The notes: generated from the sequence alone by a model not told the origin. A stretch of 32,000 nt of DNA from Psychrobacter cryohalolentis K5 (GCF_000013905.1 NC_007969.1:2820001-2852000), one strand, 5' to 3'. Counted from the first letter of the stretch, positions 19,123 to 29,777 are shown. A program made the numbers and translations.

Positions 19123-20790
19123 TTAATTCGTGCTTAATTTTTTATCCGCAGGATAGCTAATTTGATAGATCGACTGCACAACTTGAGATTGTTGACTCGG
19201 TAAATCGAACTCCCACGCTACCATTCCTTTGTTATCATTCCAATTTTTTTTGCTAATCGCTGGTGTATGCGTCGCGGTTACTTTAATGCTGTCATCGCTA
19301 CTCAAGGGTTCTGCGCCTAACACTTGCATGCGCATACTACGATTGTGCTGATTGGTAAATTGATAAGCCTGAGTGATGGTTTTGGTTTGTTGACGATTAA
19401 ATACGCCTTTATCGCCTTTTTTGTCTTCATCAGCCAGCTGTTTCACAAGCAAGCTCGGATCAACACCAAAACCAATCCCCTGCTCTTTTAGACTCTGATA
19501 ATCATAGCGCGACTGACCAACATAGTTATCGTCGCGATACAGTTGCAATGAACCATCTGCCCAAGCTGGCGTCAAAAACGGCGCAGACGCATACCAGTAA
19601 GCGGCAGCTTCGATGCTTGGTGTACTCCGTAGCCACAGCTTACTGATGCCGGATTGTTCATCTATCACTGTGCGTACGCGCCTGCCATCACTGGGGATAC
19701 TCACGCGCTGCGGCAAGCGATACTCAGTGATACCGTTTTTATTTTGGCTGCTAACCGTAAAACTCGGTAGCGGCGCCATACCACCTGCACCGCCATAACT
19801 GTCGCTGACAGAAACAACAACCACTGGAGCAGCTTCCATCATTGGTTGTGCATAACGGCTCAACTTAGCTTGCTCTTCTTCATATAATGACAAACGTTCA
19901 ACTCTTGGTAGCTGGCTGGTCGTCGTTTGATTGGGATTGACAGTACTCAAAATAACGGGCACGTTGTTCCAATTCTCGCCTGTTTGTTGGGCGATGATGG
20001 CAGAGGCGGTGATGTTGAGTTGTTTATTATCGGTATTTAAACGCGCTTGATAAGTCGGCTCCCAGCTGGCACCGCGTACTTGATAATGTAATTTAACACT
20101 ACTAGCAGAACGGCTAGCGGTACGTACACTGACTTGGGTGACATTACTTTGTACTGACGAAGTACTGTCAGCGACCAGCTGATTTAAGTTGTCTTTAGCA
20201 CGAGCTTCTCGTTTTTGTAGCTCTACTATTTTTTTGTTAATACTGGCGGCTTGCGTTTCTAAGTCGCGTGCATTATTGGCAAGGGTACCAGTAGTAGTGA
20301 TTTGCGTGACTTTGGTTAGGTTTTGCAAATAGGCTTTGGTCAGGCGTGCGGCTTCCAATTCGGCACTGATATCCGCTAGATTATTCTGCTGAGTCTGTAC
20401 ATTAGCTGCCCCTTGATACTGGCACTGCGCTGCTTGCTCGCCACTCAAAGTTTGAATACTGACTTCACCGATATTGACATTGCCCAGTGCTTGCACACTA
20501 ATACTGTCGGGTTCAATCGCAGGCGAAAGACAGGAAAAAACCAGCGTCTGCTCACCTGTGCCACTGATGGGCAGTACACGCGTGACACTGGCTAAGCCTT
20601 GATAAATGGTAATTTGTTCGATACTACTGGTTGCTGCTTGCGCCGTCACTGGCACAAAAAAACTGAAGCCTGATGCGACTATACACAATAAAGATAATCT
20701 GGTTCGCTTAAGGTTTGGCGATTGCACATCAACTGCGGTAGTTAACCGTTTATCGTGCAAAAATGATCGTGATGATAAGGTAGCAGACAT
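19123..20790 (-). CDS. Exported DUF4140/DUF4139 (MuiA-like, TIGR02231-type) protein
   Basis: 555 aa. Signal peptide ..LLCIVASGFSFFVPVTAQA. N-terminal ITIYQG.A.VTR...., a central coiled-coil-like segment, and a C-terminal block (YRLPQRVSIPSDG.., WEFDLP..) as in DUF4139 proteins. Family assignment is from memory of these motifs. Confidence 0.7.
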   Translation of the reverse strand: MSATLSSRSFLHDKRLTTAVDVQSPNLKRTRLSLLCIVASGFSFFVPVTAQAATSSIEQITIYQGLASVTRVLPISGTGEQTLVFSCLSPAIEPDSISVQALGNVNIGEVSIQTLSGEQAAQCQYQGAANVQTQQNNLADISAELEAARLTKAYLQNLTKVTQITTTGTLANNARDLETQAASINKKIVELQKREARAKDNLNQLVADSTSSVQSNVTQVSVRTASRSASSVKLHYQVRGASWEPTYQARLNTDNKQLNITASAIIAQQTGENWNNVPVILSTVNPNQTTTSQLPRVERLSLYEEEQAKLSRYAQPMMEAAPVVVVSVSDSYGGAGGMAPLPSFTVSSQNKNGITEYRLPQRVSIPSDGRRVRTVIDEQSGISKLWLRSTPSIEAAAYWYASAPFLTPAWADGSLQLYRDDNYVGQSRYDYQSLKEQGIGFGVDPSLLVKQLADEDKKGDKGVFNRQQTKTITQAYQFTNQHNRSMRMQVLGAEPLSSDDSIKVTATHTPAISKKNWNDNKGMVAWEFDLPSQQSQVVQSIYQISYPADKKLSTN

Positions 20791-20947
20791 GATAATTCCT
20801 TAGAAATTGATGCGCTTTTTTTCATCTTATCGGTTTTTTTAGCGCTTTGCTATTCATTCAATAAACCATACATTTATCATAGTGTTCGCAAGGGATGAAT
20901 TTTGCTATTATAGACAGCATTTAATTACCAATAATGATGATGCCCTT

Positions 20948-21832
20948 ATGATAATTCATCCTCAGTATAATCCTGTAGCGCTGTCCTTGGGTCCAGTAGA
21001 AGTACACTGGTATGGCTTGATGTATTTGCTCGCATTTGCTGCCGCTTTTGGTCTGGCTTGGTATCGCAGCAGCAAACGTGACAATTGGACCACCGATATG
21101 GTGTCCGATTTGGTCTTTTATGGTGCACTTGGTGTCATTTTGGGCGGTCGTATCGGCTATGTGCTGTTTTATCAATTTGGCGAGCTATTACAAAACCCTG
21201 CCTATTTATTAAAAGTCTGGGAAGGCGGTATGTCTTTCCACGGCGGTTTTATTGGTGTCATGGTAGGCATGTGGTTCTTTGCTCGTAAATATAAAAAAAC
21301 AGCCTTCCAAGTATTCGATTTTATCGTGCCTTGTGTACCAACCGGTTTATTATTCGGTCGCATTGGCAACTATATCAATGGCGAGTTATGGGGACGCGTC
21401 TCAGACGGTGGCTATAACTGGCTGACTTATTTTCCGCAAGCCGCTGCCTTTGATATGGAGCAATTACAGAGTAATCCACAATTGCAAGAGCTAATGATTG
21501 AGGTTAATGGTCAGTATGTGCTGCCGCGTCACCCATCGCAGCTATATGAAGCCTTTGCCGAAGGTCTGCTGCTATTTATTTTCTTATGGTGGTATTCATC
21601 AAAGCCGCGTCCACGTATGGCTGCCTCTGCTGTATTCTTACTAGGTTATGGTATCAGCCGATTTATCATCGAATTCTTCCGCCAGCCTGATGTTGACCAA
21701 GGATTTATTTTATTAGGTTGGATGACTAAAGGACAGCTATTGAGCGCACCGATGATTATCGCTGGTTTGATTATGCTAATTTATGCTTATAAGCGTGGTA
21801 TTTATGATTGGGGTAAGCAAGCCGCTTATTAA
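20948..21832 (+). CDS. lgt: Phosphatidylglycerol--prolipoprotein diacylglyceryl transferase
   Basis: Aligns to E. coli Lgt from ..HWYGLMYL.. through GGMSFHGG, GR.GN.INGELWGR, LPRHPSQLYE and EFFRQPD. Start re-called to ATG 20948 (MIIHPQYNP..); the ORF-track start 20882 adds 22 non-conserved residues. Confidence 0.93.
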   Translation: MIIHPQYNPVALSLGPVEVHWYGLMYLLAFAAAFGLAWYRSSKRDNWTTDMVSDLVFYGALGVILGGRIGYVLFYQFGELLQNPAYLLKVWEGGMSFHGGFIGVMVGMWFFARKYKKTAFQVFDFIVPCVPTGLLFGRIGNYINGELWGRVSDGGYNWLTYFPQAAAFDMEQLQSNPQLQELMIEVNGQYVLPRHPSQLYEAFAEGLLLFIFLWWYSSKPRPRMAASAVFLLGYGISRFIIEFFRQPDVDQGFILLGWMTKGQLLSAPMIIAGLIMLIYAYKRGIYDWGKQAAY

Positions 21833-21905
21833 GCTTTATCTTCTTCATGCACCACGTTAAGAACTATATTAAAGATGCGTTTTAATAGCGCAGAAGAGTA
21901 ATTTT

Positions 21906-22778
21906 ATGACCATGAACAGCTCTATCATTAAAAACGAGCAAGCCTATTTAGACCTGCTACGCCTTGTCCTTAATGAAGGCACTGAAAAAGGTGACCGTAC
22001 TGGAACGGGTACGCTTAGCCATTTTGGCGCGCAGCTACGTTTTAATTTAGCCGATGGTTTTCCACTATTAACCACCAAAAAAGTTCACTTAAAGTCCATC
22101 ACCTATGAGCTCCTATGGTTTTTAAATGGTAGTACCCACGTCGATTATTTACAACAAAACGGCGTACGCATCTGGAATGAATGGGCAACGAGCGAGCAAA
22201 CGGCGCGCTTTAATCGTCCTGCAGGTGACTTAGGTCCTATTTATGGTCACCAATGGCGTAATTATGGCGCGACCACAACTGCAGATGGGCAGTATAACTC
22301 TGACGGTGTCGATCAAATCGCACAAGTGGTTGAACAAATAAAAACCAATCCTAACTCGCGGCGCTTGATTGTCTCTGGCTGGAATCCGGGTGAAGCAGAT
22401 CAAGTTGCGCTGCCACCTTGTCATACGTTATTCCAGTTTTTTGTTGCGGATAATAAACTCTCCTGCCAACTCTATCAGCGCTCAGCGGATTTATTTTTGG
22501 GCGTACCTTTTAATATCGCAAGCTATGCCATGCTTACCCATATGGTGGCACAAGTTTGTAATCTAGAAGTTGGTGAATTTATTTGGACCGGTGGCGATTG
22601 CCATATTTATCAAAACCACCGTGAGCAAGTGGAGCTGCAGCTGACCCGCTCGCTTTATACGCTGCCGACATTAGCACTTAACCCTAATGTAAAAGATATT
22701 TTTGCTTTTAATTATGAGGATATCAGCGTTGATGGCTATGAGTCTCATCCAGCGATTAAGGCACAAGTTGCGGTATAG
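21906..22778 (+). CDS. thyA: Thymidylate synthase (ThyA type)
   Basis: YLDLLR.VL.EG..K.DRTGTGT.S.FG.Q.RF.L, LPPCH..FQF (catalytic Cys), [17 protein letters not shown]-like agaagag upstream of ATG 21906. Confidence 0.96.
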   Translation: MTMNSSIIKNEQAYLDLLRLVLNEGTEKGDRTGTGTLSHFGAQLRFNLADGFPLLTTKKVHLKSITYELLWFLNGSTHVDYLQQNGVRIWNEWATSEQTARFNRPAGDLGPIYGHQWRNYGATTTADGQYNSDGVDQIAQVVEQIKTNPNSRRLIVSGWNPGEADQVALPPCHTLFQFFVADNKLSCQLYQRSADLFLGVPFNIASYAMLTHMVAQVCNLEVGEFIWTGGDCHIYQNHREQVELQLTRSLYTLPTLALNPNVKDIFAFNYEDISVDGYESHPAIKAQVAV

Positions 22779-22833
22779 CGCCTGTTTATTCAATTGTATT
22801 TAAATATATTTAAACATTAGCAAAGGATAATTT

Positions 22834-23406
22834 ATGAGTTATGCCAACACCGAAGTTGCCCAAATCGCGGCTATCAGTAGCAATCGCTGTATTGGTAAAG
22901 ACAATGAGCTACCGTGGCATATCTCAGCCGATTTGCAGCATTTTAAAAGTATGACAACCAAACCAAATGACGGTGCGATACAGGGTATCGTGATTATGGG
23001 TCGCAAGACCTTTGAGTCAATGGGCAGCAAGCCGTTACCTAAACGTGTGAGCTTTATTATCAGTAGCCAGATAGATTATGCTGAGCAAAAAGGCTTGGTA
23101 GGTAGTGAAAAAGCTTATGTAATGCATAATTTAGACGATGCCTTAACCCAAGCAGCAAGCCTAGCGCATGGTGCGCATCTTGATACGATTTGGGTAATTG
23201 GTGGCGAGCGCGTGTTTAGCGATGCATTGCTGTACACCGACCGTATCGAACTCACTCACGTCGATACTGAAATCGTTGATGGCGATGCCTTTTATCCTGA
23301 GCTGCCAAGTGAGTTTGAAGTTGCGCAAGAATCTGAGCAAATGCATGATGAAAAAAGCGCGTTAGATTTTAGATTTGTGACTTATAAAAGAAAAAACGCT
23401 GAATAA
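22834..23406 (+). CDS. folA: Dihydrofolate reductase
   Basis: ..IGKDNELPWH...DL.HFK..T.....IMGRKTFES.G.PLP.R... is the DHFR signature. AAGGA RBS 6 nt upstream. Confidence 0.9.
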   Translation: MSYANTEVAQIAAISSNRCIGKDNELPWHISADLQHFKSMTTKPNDGAIQGIVIMGRKTFESMGSKPLPKRVSFIISSQIDYAEQKGLVGSEKAYVMHNLDDALTQAASLAHGAHLDTIWVIGGERVFSDALLYTDRIELTHVDTEIVDGDAFYPELPSEFEVAQESEQMHDEKSALDFRFVTYKRKNAE

Positions 23407-23430
23407 TAGTAAAATTTTAAACAAAACGTA

Positions 23431-23472
23431 AAAAGAGGCTATCCTAAATAACTCTAGGACAGCCTCTTTTTT
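23431..23472. terminator. Bidirectional terminator (folA / uvrC convergent)
   Basis: Stem gaggctatcct / aggacagcctc (one mismatch), 10-nt loop, A-run before and T6 after. Confidence 0.65.
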
Positions 23473-23523
23473 CATGTTCAAACTTTATGAACATAAACCT
23501 AAATTTGACGAACATTACCTAGA

Positions 23524-25368
23524 CTACTCATGCAGCACTTTATAAACGGTTTTTGCGAGTACTGGTCCAATACCTTGTACGCCTGCCAATTCTTGCTGCG
23601 AGGCACCAAGCAATTGCTGCATGCCGCCAAAGTGATTGAGCAAATCACGACGGCGCTTTTCGCCCAGTCCTGGTATTACTTCTAGCACTGATGATGAACG
23701 ACGCTTATCACGCTTTTTACGGTGCGCTGTAATCGCAAAACGATGCGCCTCATCGCGGATATGCATTAATAAATGCAGCGCCTTGCTATCCATAGGCAAG
23801 TCAAGTGGCTCATGGTCAATAAAGTGCAGAACTTCAAGTCCAGCCTTACGTCCTTCACCTTTTGCCACACTGATAAGCAAAGTATCACCAAGGATACCCA
23901 ACTCAGTCAGCACTTCTTTGGCTATACCGAGCTGCCCTTTACCACCATCGATAAGCAATAAATCCGGCAATGGCTGCTTCTTATAACGCCGTGTCAAAAC
24001 CTGCTTCATCGCTGCATAGTCATCACCGCCGACAATGTCATGGATAGCATACTGACGATAATCACGACGACGCGAGCCACCTTGATCAAAGACCACACAG
24101 CTACCAATCGTCGCCTCGCCCATCGTATGCGAGATATCAAAACACTCGATACGGTCAATGGTACGATCCGTGACTTCAGTCAAAACATCTTTTAACGCCC
24201 CAAAGCGTGCATGTAACTCTAAATAATCGCCAAGTTTGGTTTTTAGTGCATTATTAGTATTAAGTTTTGCTAAGTCTAACCATTCAGCACGGTGCTCACG
24301 TACGCTGGTTTTGATAACGACCTTACTACCAAAGTGTGTTGCCAACGCCTCACTCACTGCTAGCTGATCTGGTAATTCATCGCTCAATATAATCTCTGCT
24401 GGCAAATCATCCGTCACCTGAAAATAAAATGAGGTGATAAACGCTGATAAATTGTCTGCAAGAGGCTCACTGCTATCGACATCAGGGAAGTAGTTCTTAC
24501 CGCCAAGCACGCGCCCACCACGTACCGTCAATACGTTGACACAGGTCATGCCTCCTTGACTGGCAATAGCAATCACATCTGCCTCACCCTGCACTGTATA
24601 AACGGCTTGCTTGGCTTGTACTTCACGCAGCATAGAAAGCTGATCGCGATAAAAAACTGCCTTTTCAAAGTCTAGCTCTTCAGCAGAAGCTTCCATTTTT
24701 TCAATCAAAGCAGTATGGATATCGCTAGAGTCACCTTTTAAGAAACGAATAGTATTATTGACGTCCTCGCTATATTCTTCTGGCGATACTAAGCCCACAC
24801 ATGGCGCACGGCAACGCTTAATTTGGTATTCAAGACAAGGACGCTTACGTTGCTTAAAAAAGGTATTGGTGCATTGGCGCATTTGAAACATTTTTTGCAT
24901 GAGCACCAGTGTTTCTTTTGCCGCATGCGCAGAAGGAAAAGGACCGAAAAAGCGACCCTTTTGGTGATTGCCTTTACCACGACCATAAGCCAATCTTGGA
25001 TAAGGCTTATCTGCTGAAATAAACACATAGAGATAGGATTTATCATCGCGCAACAGTACGTTATAAGGCGGACGATATTCTTTAATCAGATTTTGCTCAA
25101 GTAACAGCGCTTCGGTTTCACTGCGGGTAATGATGGTTTCAATATTATGTATCCGTGCCACCAGTGCTCGTGTCTTAGGATGATCAATGGTTTTCGCAAA
25201 GTAGCTGTTCACACGGCTCTTGAGTGATTTAGCTTTGCCGACATATAAAATATCACCATTTTTACCCAGCATTTTATACACTCCCGGCAAGTTTGGCAGG
25301 CGCTGGATTAAATGTTTAAGACGGGCTTTCTTGTCATCGATGGGACTCGATTCTGAGACATTGACCAT
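23524..25368 (-). CDS. uvrC: Excinuclease ABC subunit C
   Basis: GIY-YIG N-terminus (PGVYKM....[18 protein letters not shown]), UVR domain, RNase-H-like endonuclease domain and C-terminal (HhH)2. Start re-called to ATG 25368 (614 aa; E. coli UvrC is 610 aa). The ORF-track start 25503 would read through an upstream terminator. Confidence 0.94.
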   Translation of the reverse strand: MVNVSESSPIDDKKARLKHLIQRLPNLPGVYKMLGKNGDILYVGKAKSLKSRVNSYFAKTIDHPKTRALVARIHNIETIITRSETEALLLEQNLIKEYRPPYNVLLRDDKSYLYVFISADKPYPRLAYGRGKGNHQKGRFFGPFPSAHAAKETLVLMQKMFQMRQCTNTFFKQRKRPCLEYQIKRCRAPCVGLVSPEEYSEDVNNTIRFLKGDSSDIHTALIEKMEASAEELDFEKAVFYRDQLSMLREVQAKQAVYTVQGEADVIAIASQGGMTCVNVLTVRGGRVLGGKNYFPDVDSSEPLADNLSAFITSFYFQVTDDLPAEIILSDELPDQLAVSEALATHFGSKVVIKTSVREHRAEWLDLAKLNTNNALKTKLGDYLELHARFGALKDVLTEVTDRTIDRIECFDISHTMGEATIGSCVVFDQGGSRRRDYRQYAIHDIVGGDDYAAMKQVLTRRYKKQPLPDLLLIDGGKGQLGIAKEVLTELGILGDTLLISVAKGEGRKAGLEVLHFIDHEPLDLPMDSKALHLLMHIRDEAHRFAITAHRKKRDKRRSSSVLEVIPGLGEKRRRDLLNHFGGMQQLLGASQQELAGVQGIGPVLAKTVYKVLHE

Positions 25369-25461
25369 AGAATTTATTGCTCTCAAGATACTGATATACA
25401 GATGTTTATGGGGCGATGGTATGGGTTTTACAAGAACCCTTATTAGCTTATCAATAACCAT

Positions 25462-25491
25462 AAAAAAAGCCAGCACCAAGGCTGACTTTTT
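25462..25491 (-). terminator. Intrinsic terminator after the permease-like gene (minus strand)
   Basis: On the minus strand: agucagc / gcuggcu 7-bp stem (the wobble pair is valid only on this strand), 6-nt loop, followed by U7 (plus-strand A-run 25462-25468). Confidence 0.6.
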
Positions 25492-25516
25492 GCAGAAAAA
25501 CAACCCTACAGTGCGA

Positions 25517-27037
25517 CTAGTGACGGAAATTTGGTAATAGTGCTGGGATACCTGGCAACATACCGACGATAGCCATAACCCCGGTCAGTATCACAAAGGT
25601 GATCACAGGAATAATCCAGCGGCTCATTTTGGTTAGACTGGCACTACGCTCTTTAGAGCCAATTAATCCTAAATTATCAAGCACCAAAGTAATAGACCAA
25701 CCGAAGGCAGGATTCACCAACGCAGATGCAAAGACGACAATGGCGGCAGACTGAGTAGTTTTACCCTCACGCGTCATCTCCATCCCAGCTTCAAGTAGCG
25801 GTATAAAGACGCCAACGATGAGTGCCACACACATCACTGGCTCCCAGATTGCCAAGTCCATAGGATAACCCCAAACACCTGCGATAAGGCAGAATAGTCC
25901 TGTCAAAATCGCACCAGCTGGAATCGGACGCTTGGCAATTGCTGCAGGTACGATATACGTACCCCATGACGACGCAAAGTTCGCCCCACCGAGCACAGAA
26001 CCTACGACCTGACGAAACGATGCACTGGTCATCGTATCATCAATATCCATCAGTACACGTTCAGTACGTTTGGGATAGCTGATTTTCTGAAAGACCTGAT
26101 GACCTAAAAAATCTGGCGACCACATCGCCACTGCTAACACCGCAAAAGGTAATACCACGATAAAGCTCTCAACCGTCGGTAATCCTAACATCCAACCGGT
26201 ATTTTCGCCCCACCAATACATAGGGCTCATATGCGGTAGACCGGGTGCGGTTTTAAAGGCAAAAGGTGCACCCATAGCAAATGCCACGCCACCGCCTAAC
26301 AAACAGCTCAACGGCACAGCCAGCCAGCGCTTTTGAAAATTTTCTAACACAGCATACAAGATAATCGTCAGCAAAATCACTACAAAAGCAATATGCGCCA
26401 TGCCAATGCCCTCTGCCCATGCAAACAAGTTTTTAACTTGTGATATCGTACCAATAAAGCCCAAGTAGAGCAGCAAACCACCGCACACGCCTTTACTGGT
26501 CAAATTTGCTAGTAAACTGCCCCCTTTACTGATTGCCAATAATAATCCAAAGGCACCGATGAGCAGCCCAAAGGCCATCGGGTGACCACCAGCTGCGACA
26601 ACAATAGGAATAAGCGGAATTAAAGGCCCATGGGTACCCGCAAGGTTGGCGGTCGGTAGTAGAAAACCTGAGAATAAAATGACAAAAAACGAAACAATCA
26701 ATAACTCATAACGGACGTTTTCTAAGATAAAAGCATCACCCAAACCGAGTGGTCCTGCAAAGGTCGCCGCAATAGCACCCACCATCACGACTTTACCAAT
26801 GGTCGCAGCCATCGCTGGAATGGTATCTTCGTACTCAAAACGATAATCACGGAACGGCAAATTAGGCCGCCAGCGTTTCGGCTGCATGATTTGCAGTTCA
26901 TGATTGAGGTAGGCATCACGATTTTTAAAACTTGAATAGGGCTTATGTAATTCTACATAACTACTTTGAACATCATTATCAGAAGGGGTTGGCTGCTGCG
27001 GATTGGCATCTAAAGGGGGAAGCTGCGTGTTACTCAT
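25517..27037 (-). CDS. Large polytopic membrane protein, permease-like (possibly DUF3360 / NCS2-SulP-related), substrate unknown
   Basis: About 507 aa, with a hydrophilic N-terminus of about 75 aa followed by 12 or more hydrophobic Gly-rich segments. Start preferred at ATG 27037 (AAGGA RBS 6 nt upstream) over the ORF-track GTG 27082. The family name is recalled from memory, not verified. Confidence 0.75.
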   Translation of the reverse strand: MSNTQLPPLDANPQQPTPSDNDVQSSYVELHKPYSSFKNRDAYLNHELQIMQPKRWRPNLPFRDYRFEYEDTIPAMAATIGKVVMVGAIAATFAGPLGLGDAFILENVRYELLIVSFFVILFSGFLLPTANLAGTHGPLIPLIPIVVAAGGHPMAFGLLIGAFGLLLAISKGGSLLANLTSKGVCGGLLLYLGFIGTISQVKNLFAWAEGIGMAHIAFVVILLTIILYAVLENFQKRWLAVPLSCLLGGGVAFAMGAPFAFKTAPGLPHMSPMYWWGENTGWMLGLPTVESFIVVLPFAVLAVAMWSPDFLGHQVFQKISYPKRTERVLMDIDDTMTSASFRQVVGSVLGGANFASSWGTYIVPAAIAKRPIPAGAILTGLFCLIAGVWGYPMDLAIWEPVMCVALIVGVFIPLLEAGMEMTREGKTTQSAAIVVFASALVNPAFGWSITLVLDNLGLIGSKERSASLTKMSRWIIPVITFVILTGVMAIVGMLPGIPALLPNFRH

Positions 27038-27353
27038 CACATTTCCTTGTGTCGACCGACGTTTTAGTGACTGGTTATCCACTTACTACTCTTACGATAA
27101 GTGTTAAGCCACTGAAGAAAAAATGCAGTCATTGTATGTCATGAGACTTTAGAACGCGAATGTATAACGATTCGAATATACTATAAATATAGCAGCCATT
27201 AATAACATAAAGTTTCATTTTAAAATAAATACAAACTTATTAACTACTTAGTGACTAATAAAATAGTAGATTGTAGTCATTATGATGATGGTTCCTATAA
27301 TTAATAATGCGTTATGGTACATAAAACATCGACAATCACGCATAGACAAAAAC

Positions 27354-27399
27354 AAGGCGCTAAGATTTGAATGAAGTTACGCTTTAGCTCTAGCGCCTT
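27354..27399 (-). terminator. Orphan terminator-like hairpin in a divergent intergenic region
   Basis: Perfect 9-bp arms aaggcgcta (27354-27362) / tagcgcctt (27391-27399) with a 28-nt spacer. On the minus strand the hairpin is followed directly by g + UUUUU. No minus-strand gene ends here. Confidence 0.35.
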
Positions 27400-27489
27400 T
27401 ATAAGTTTTTCACTATGATAAATACCTTTTTACCCATAACGATTGAATAATAGCAGTCTAAAAATCAAGAAGTTCCCTAGGATAAGTTT

Positions 27490-28047
27490 ATGAGTTTACT
27501 ACCCAAAAATCTTGAGACGCTAAAACGTAACGCTAAAAAAAATATTATGCCATTGCTCACGCCTTATCTGCTCAAGCTACGTATCAACACTTATGCACCT
27601 TATATCGGTGCCGGCATCAAGATTGAGCATATAAACCTTGACCAAGGTTTATGTGTGGTCAATATGGGACTAAATAGTCTAAATAAGAACATTGTAGGGA
27701 CACAGTTTGGCGGCAGCTTATATTCAATGGTTGATCCATTTTATATGCTCATGCTCATGCATCAACTGGGTAGCAGTTACGTCGTTTGGGATAAAAGCTC
27801 ACATATTGAATTTATCGCGCCGGGCAATAGCAAAGTTACTGCTCGCATGAAAATCCCTAGCAGTGAGATTAAAGCCATTCAAGAGCTGGCAAAAGAGGGT
27901 GAACCCGTCTTTCGTGAATACCAAGTAGATATCGTGGACGATCAGCAAAAGATCATCGCTATCGTCACCAAGACGCTATACATACGCTTGCGTAAGTACA
28001 GCAAATCTAAAGACCAAAACAGCCGTATTGAAAATCTCGATGATTAA
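27490..28047 (+). CDS. DUF4442 hotdog-fold (thioesterase-like) protein
   Basis: 185 aa. ..YAPYIGAGIKIEHI......V.M.L...N.N.VGT.FGGSLYSM.DPFYMLML...LG..Y.VWDK...I.F..PG is typical of the DUF4442/PaaI-like fold. Confidence 0.7.
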   Translation: MSLLPKNLETLKRNAKKNIMPLLTPYLLKLRINTYAPYIGAGIKIEHINLDQGLCVVNMGLNSLNKNIVGTQFGGSLYSMVDPFYMLMLMHQLGSSYVVWDKSSHIEFIAPGNSKVTARMKIPSSEIKAIQELAKEGEPVFREYQVDIVDDQQKIIAIVTKTLYIRLRKYSKSKDQNSRIENLDD

Positions 28048-28100
28048 AGGCAACGTTTAAAGCTTTAATTTAAGTCTGTGATTTAAAGCGACAGAAACAA

Positions 28101-28146
28101 AAACCCCAATCTGGCATTCGCACAGATTGGGGTTTTGTCTTTTTTG
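28101..28146. terminator. Bidirectional terminator (DUF4442 gene / rplS convergent)
   Basis: 13-bp perfect stem aaaccccaatctg / cagattggggttt, A-rich before and tgtcTTTTTT after. Confidence 0.8.
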
Positions 28147-28258
28147 GTATGACCCGCTTATTTATATGATAAACCTATGAATAAGGGTTTGTATCTACTG
28201 TCGCCTTACTCTAGTCAACTGTATACCATACAGCTCACTAAAGATGGCAAACTTTTGC

Positions 28259-28687
28259 TTAAATACCAGGTGCAGTTTCAACTGCATCAGGAACGCGAGC
28301 ATCAGTTTTTGCCTTAACAACTTTAGGCGCACGCGGAGCAAGCTTCTCGCGGATACGTGCTGATTTACCAGAGCGCTCACGTAAGTAGTATAGTTTCGCA
28401 CGGCGAACAGCGCCACGGCGTTTCACTTCGATGCTATCGATAATTGGTGAATGCAATTGGAATGCACGCTCAACACCAACGCCACTTGAGATTTTACGTA
28501 CGGTAAACGCTGAGTTTAAACCGCGGTTACGCTTAGCAATTACAACGCCTTCAAAAGCCTGTAAACGCTCACGCTCACCTTCACGTACTTTTACTTGAAC
28601 CACAACGGTATCGCCGGGTGCAAAGCTTGGGCGCTCAATCAATTGAGCATTTTCGATGACCTGAACCAATGGATGCTTGTTGCTCAT
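28259..28687 (-). CDS. rplS: 50S ribosomal protein L19 (with C-terminal extension)
   Basis: [69 protein letters not shown] matches E. coli L19. About 25 extra C-terminal residues follow. Confidence 0.95.
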   Translation of the reverse strand: MSNKHPLVQVIENAQLIERPSFAPGDTVVVQVKVREGERERLQAFEGVVIAKRNRGLNSAFTVRKISSGVGVERAFQLHSPIIDSIEVKRRGAVRRAKLYYLRERSGKSARIREKLAPRAPKVVKAKTDARVPDAVETAPGI

Positions 28688-28868
28688 GAGAGTTATCTCC
28701 TCACATTAGATAATAGAGGCTTGACGCATATCACCTGTTTGTAATAATTAATTATATCTCTTTTTAATAAGACACAACGTAAGTAGGTTATGACAAACGG
28801 CCATTATGCTATGACTCGTTTTGTTATTGCTCAAAATTTTATTACTTAACTGTTTATCTTTTTAACCG

Positions 28869-29633
28869 CTATTTTTTATCAGCTTTTGCTAATGCCTTTA
28901 GCCACTTTGCTTGCTCTACCGTTGGCGTAAACGCTTGCCATAAGTCTGGACGACGCGCTTGCGTACGTTCGACTTGCTGACTAAAGCGCCACTTCGCGAT
29001 ATTGGCATGGTGACCTGAAAGTAACACTTCAGGCACTGCCATACCCGCAAACTCATGCGGCTTAGTATAATGTGGACAATCAAGCAAGCCATCGACGAAC
29101 GAGTCTTGCTCAGCTGACTTATCATCACCCATAATATCAGGCAGACGACGTATCACACTATCCATTAGCACCATTGCTGGTAGCTCACCACCGGTAAGCA
29201 CGTAATCACCAAGTGATATTTCCATATCGACATACTGCGACAGTAAGCGCTCATCAATGCCCTCGTAACGACCGCATAATATAATCATGCCATCATACTC
29301 AGTCATATCGACCACACTACTCTCACTCAGCGTCTGCCCTTGTGGCGACATATAAATCACCGGACAATGCGCTTTGTCGACACGGCAGCCATGCTGACTT
29401 GCTCGTAGGCGCGCATCCTCAATCGCTTGGGATAATGGCTCAGCCATCATCACCATGCCAGGACCGCCACCATACGGACGTTCATCAATACGGCGATAAT
29501 TATCACTGGTAAAATCACGCGGGTTGATGCATTCAATCGTTACTTGCTTCTGAGTGACTGCCCGACCTGTGATTCCAAACTCACGAATCGTGGCAAACAT
29601 TTCAGGAAAAATACTAATAACGGCAAAATACAT
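28869..29633 (-). CDS. trmD: tRNA (guanine37-N1)-methyltransferase
   Basis: [13 protein letters not shown]......[57 protein letters not shown]. Start re-called to ATG 29633; the ORF-track start adds 20 non-conserved residues. Confidence 0.95.
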   Translation of the reverse strand: MYFAVISIFPEMFATIREFGITGRAVTQKQVTIECINPRDFTSDNYRRIDERPYGGGPGMVMMAEPLSQAIEDARLRASQHGCRVDKAHCPVIYMSPQGQTLSESSVVDMTEYDGMIILCGRYEGIDERLLSQYVDMEISLGDYVLTGGELPAMVLMDSVIRRLPDIMGDDKSAEQDSFVDGLLDCPHYTKPHEFAGMAVPEVLLSGHHANIAKWRFSQQVERTQARRPDLWQAFTPTVEQAKWLKALAKADKK

Positions 29634-29777
29634 CAGATGTCTACTTGCGCAGTGGCTAATATTGGCTAAATAAATCGGTACTACTATTAACAATCTTAAG
29701 CGATAAAGTTAAAGCTTATACCACTAAAGCTTGTTTTAATAATTTCTTATTAACCCTTACTGATTAATAATGGCTTA

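Noticed and set aside
20882-20947. N-terminal extensions in the ORF track for lgt (20882), uvrC (25503), trmD (29693), rimM (30383), the acidic lipoprotein (4084), rho (537) and the permease (27082)
   Set aside because: Alignment to well-known orthologues and RBS positions support the downstream starts given in the feature list. The extensions are non-conserved and in some cases run through terminators or hairpins.
23636-23986. 116-aa and 62-aa plus-strand ORFs inside uvrC
   Set aside because: They are antisense to conserved uvrC. Their Ser/Arg-rich composition marks them as an antisense-frame artefact.
25220-25537. 105-aa plus-strand ORF spanning the uvrC 5' end and the upstream terminator
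   Set aside because: It is antisense to the conserved GIY-YIG region of uvrC and crosses a terminator hairpin. It has no RBS or motif.
27248-27343. 31-codon minus-strand ORF MRDCRCFMYHNALLIIGTIIIMTTIYYFISH* just after the orphan hairpin (considered as a type I toxin-like hydrophobic peptide or leader peptide)
   Set aside because: It has no SD. The ATG is only 11 nt past a terminator-like stem. Ile/Tyr/Phe-rich hydrophobic strings arise by chance in AT-rich DNA. It is worth a look only if ribosome profiling or conservation supports it.
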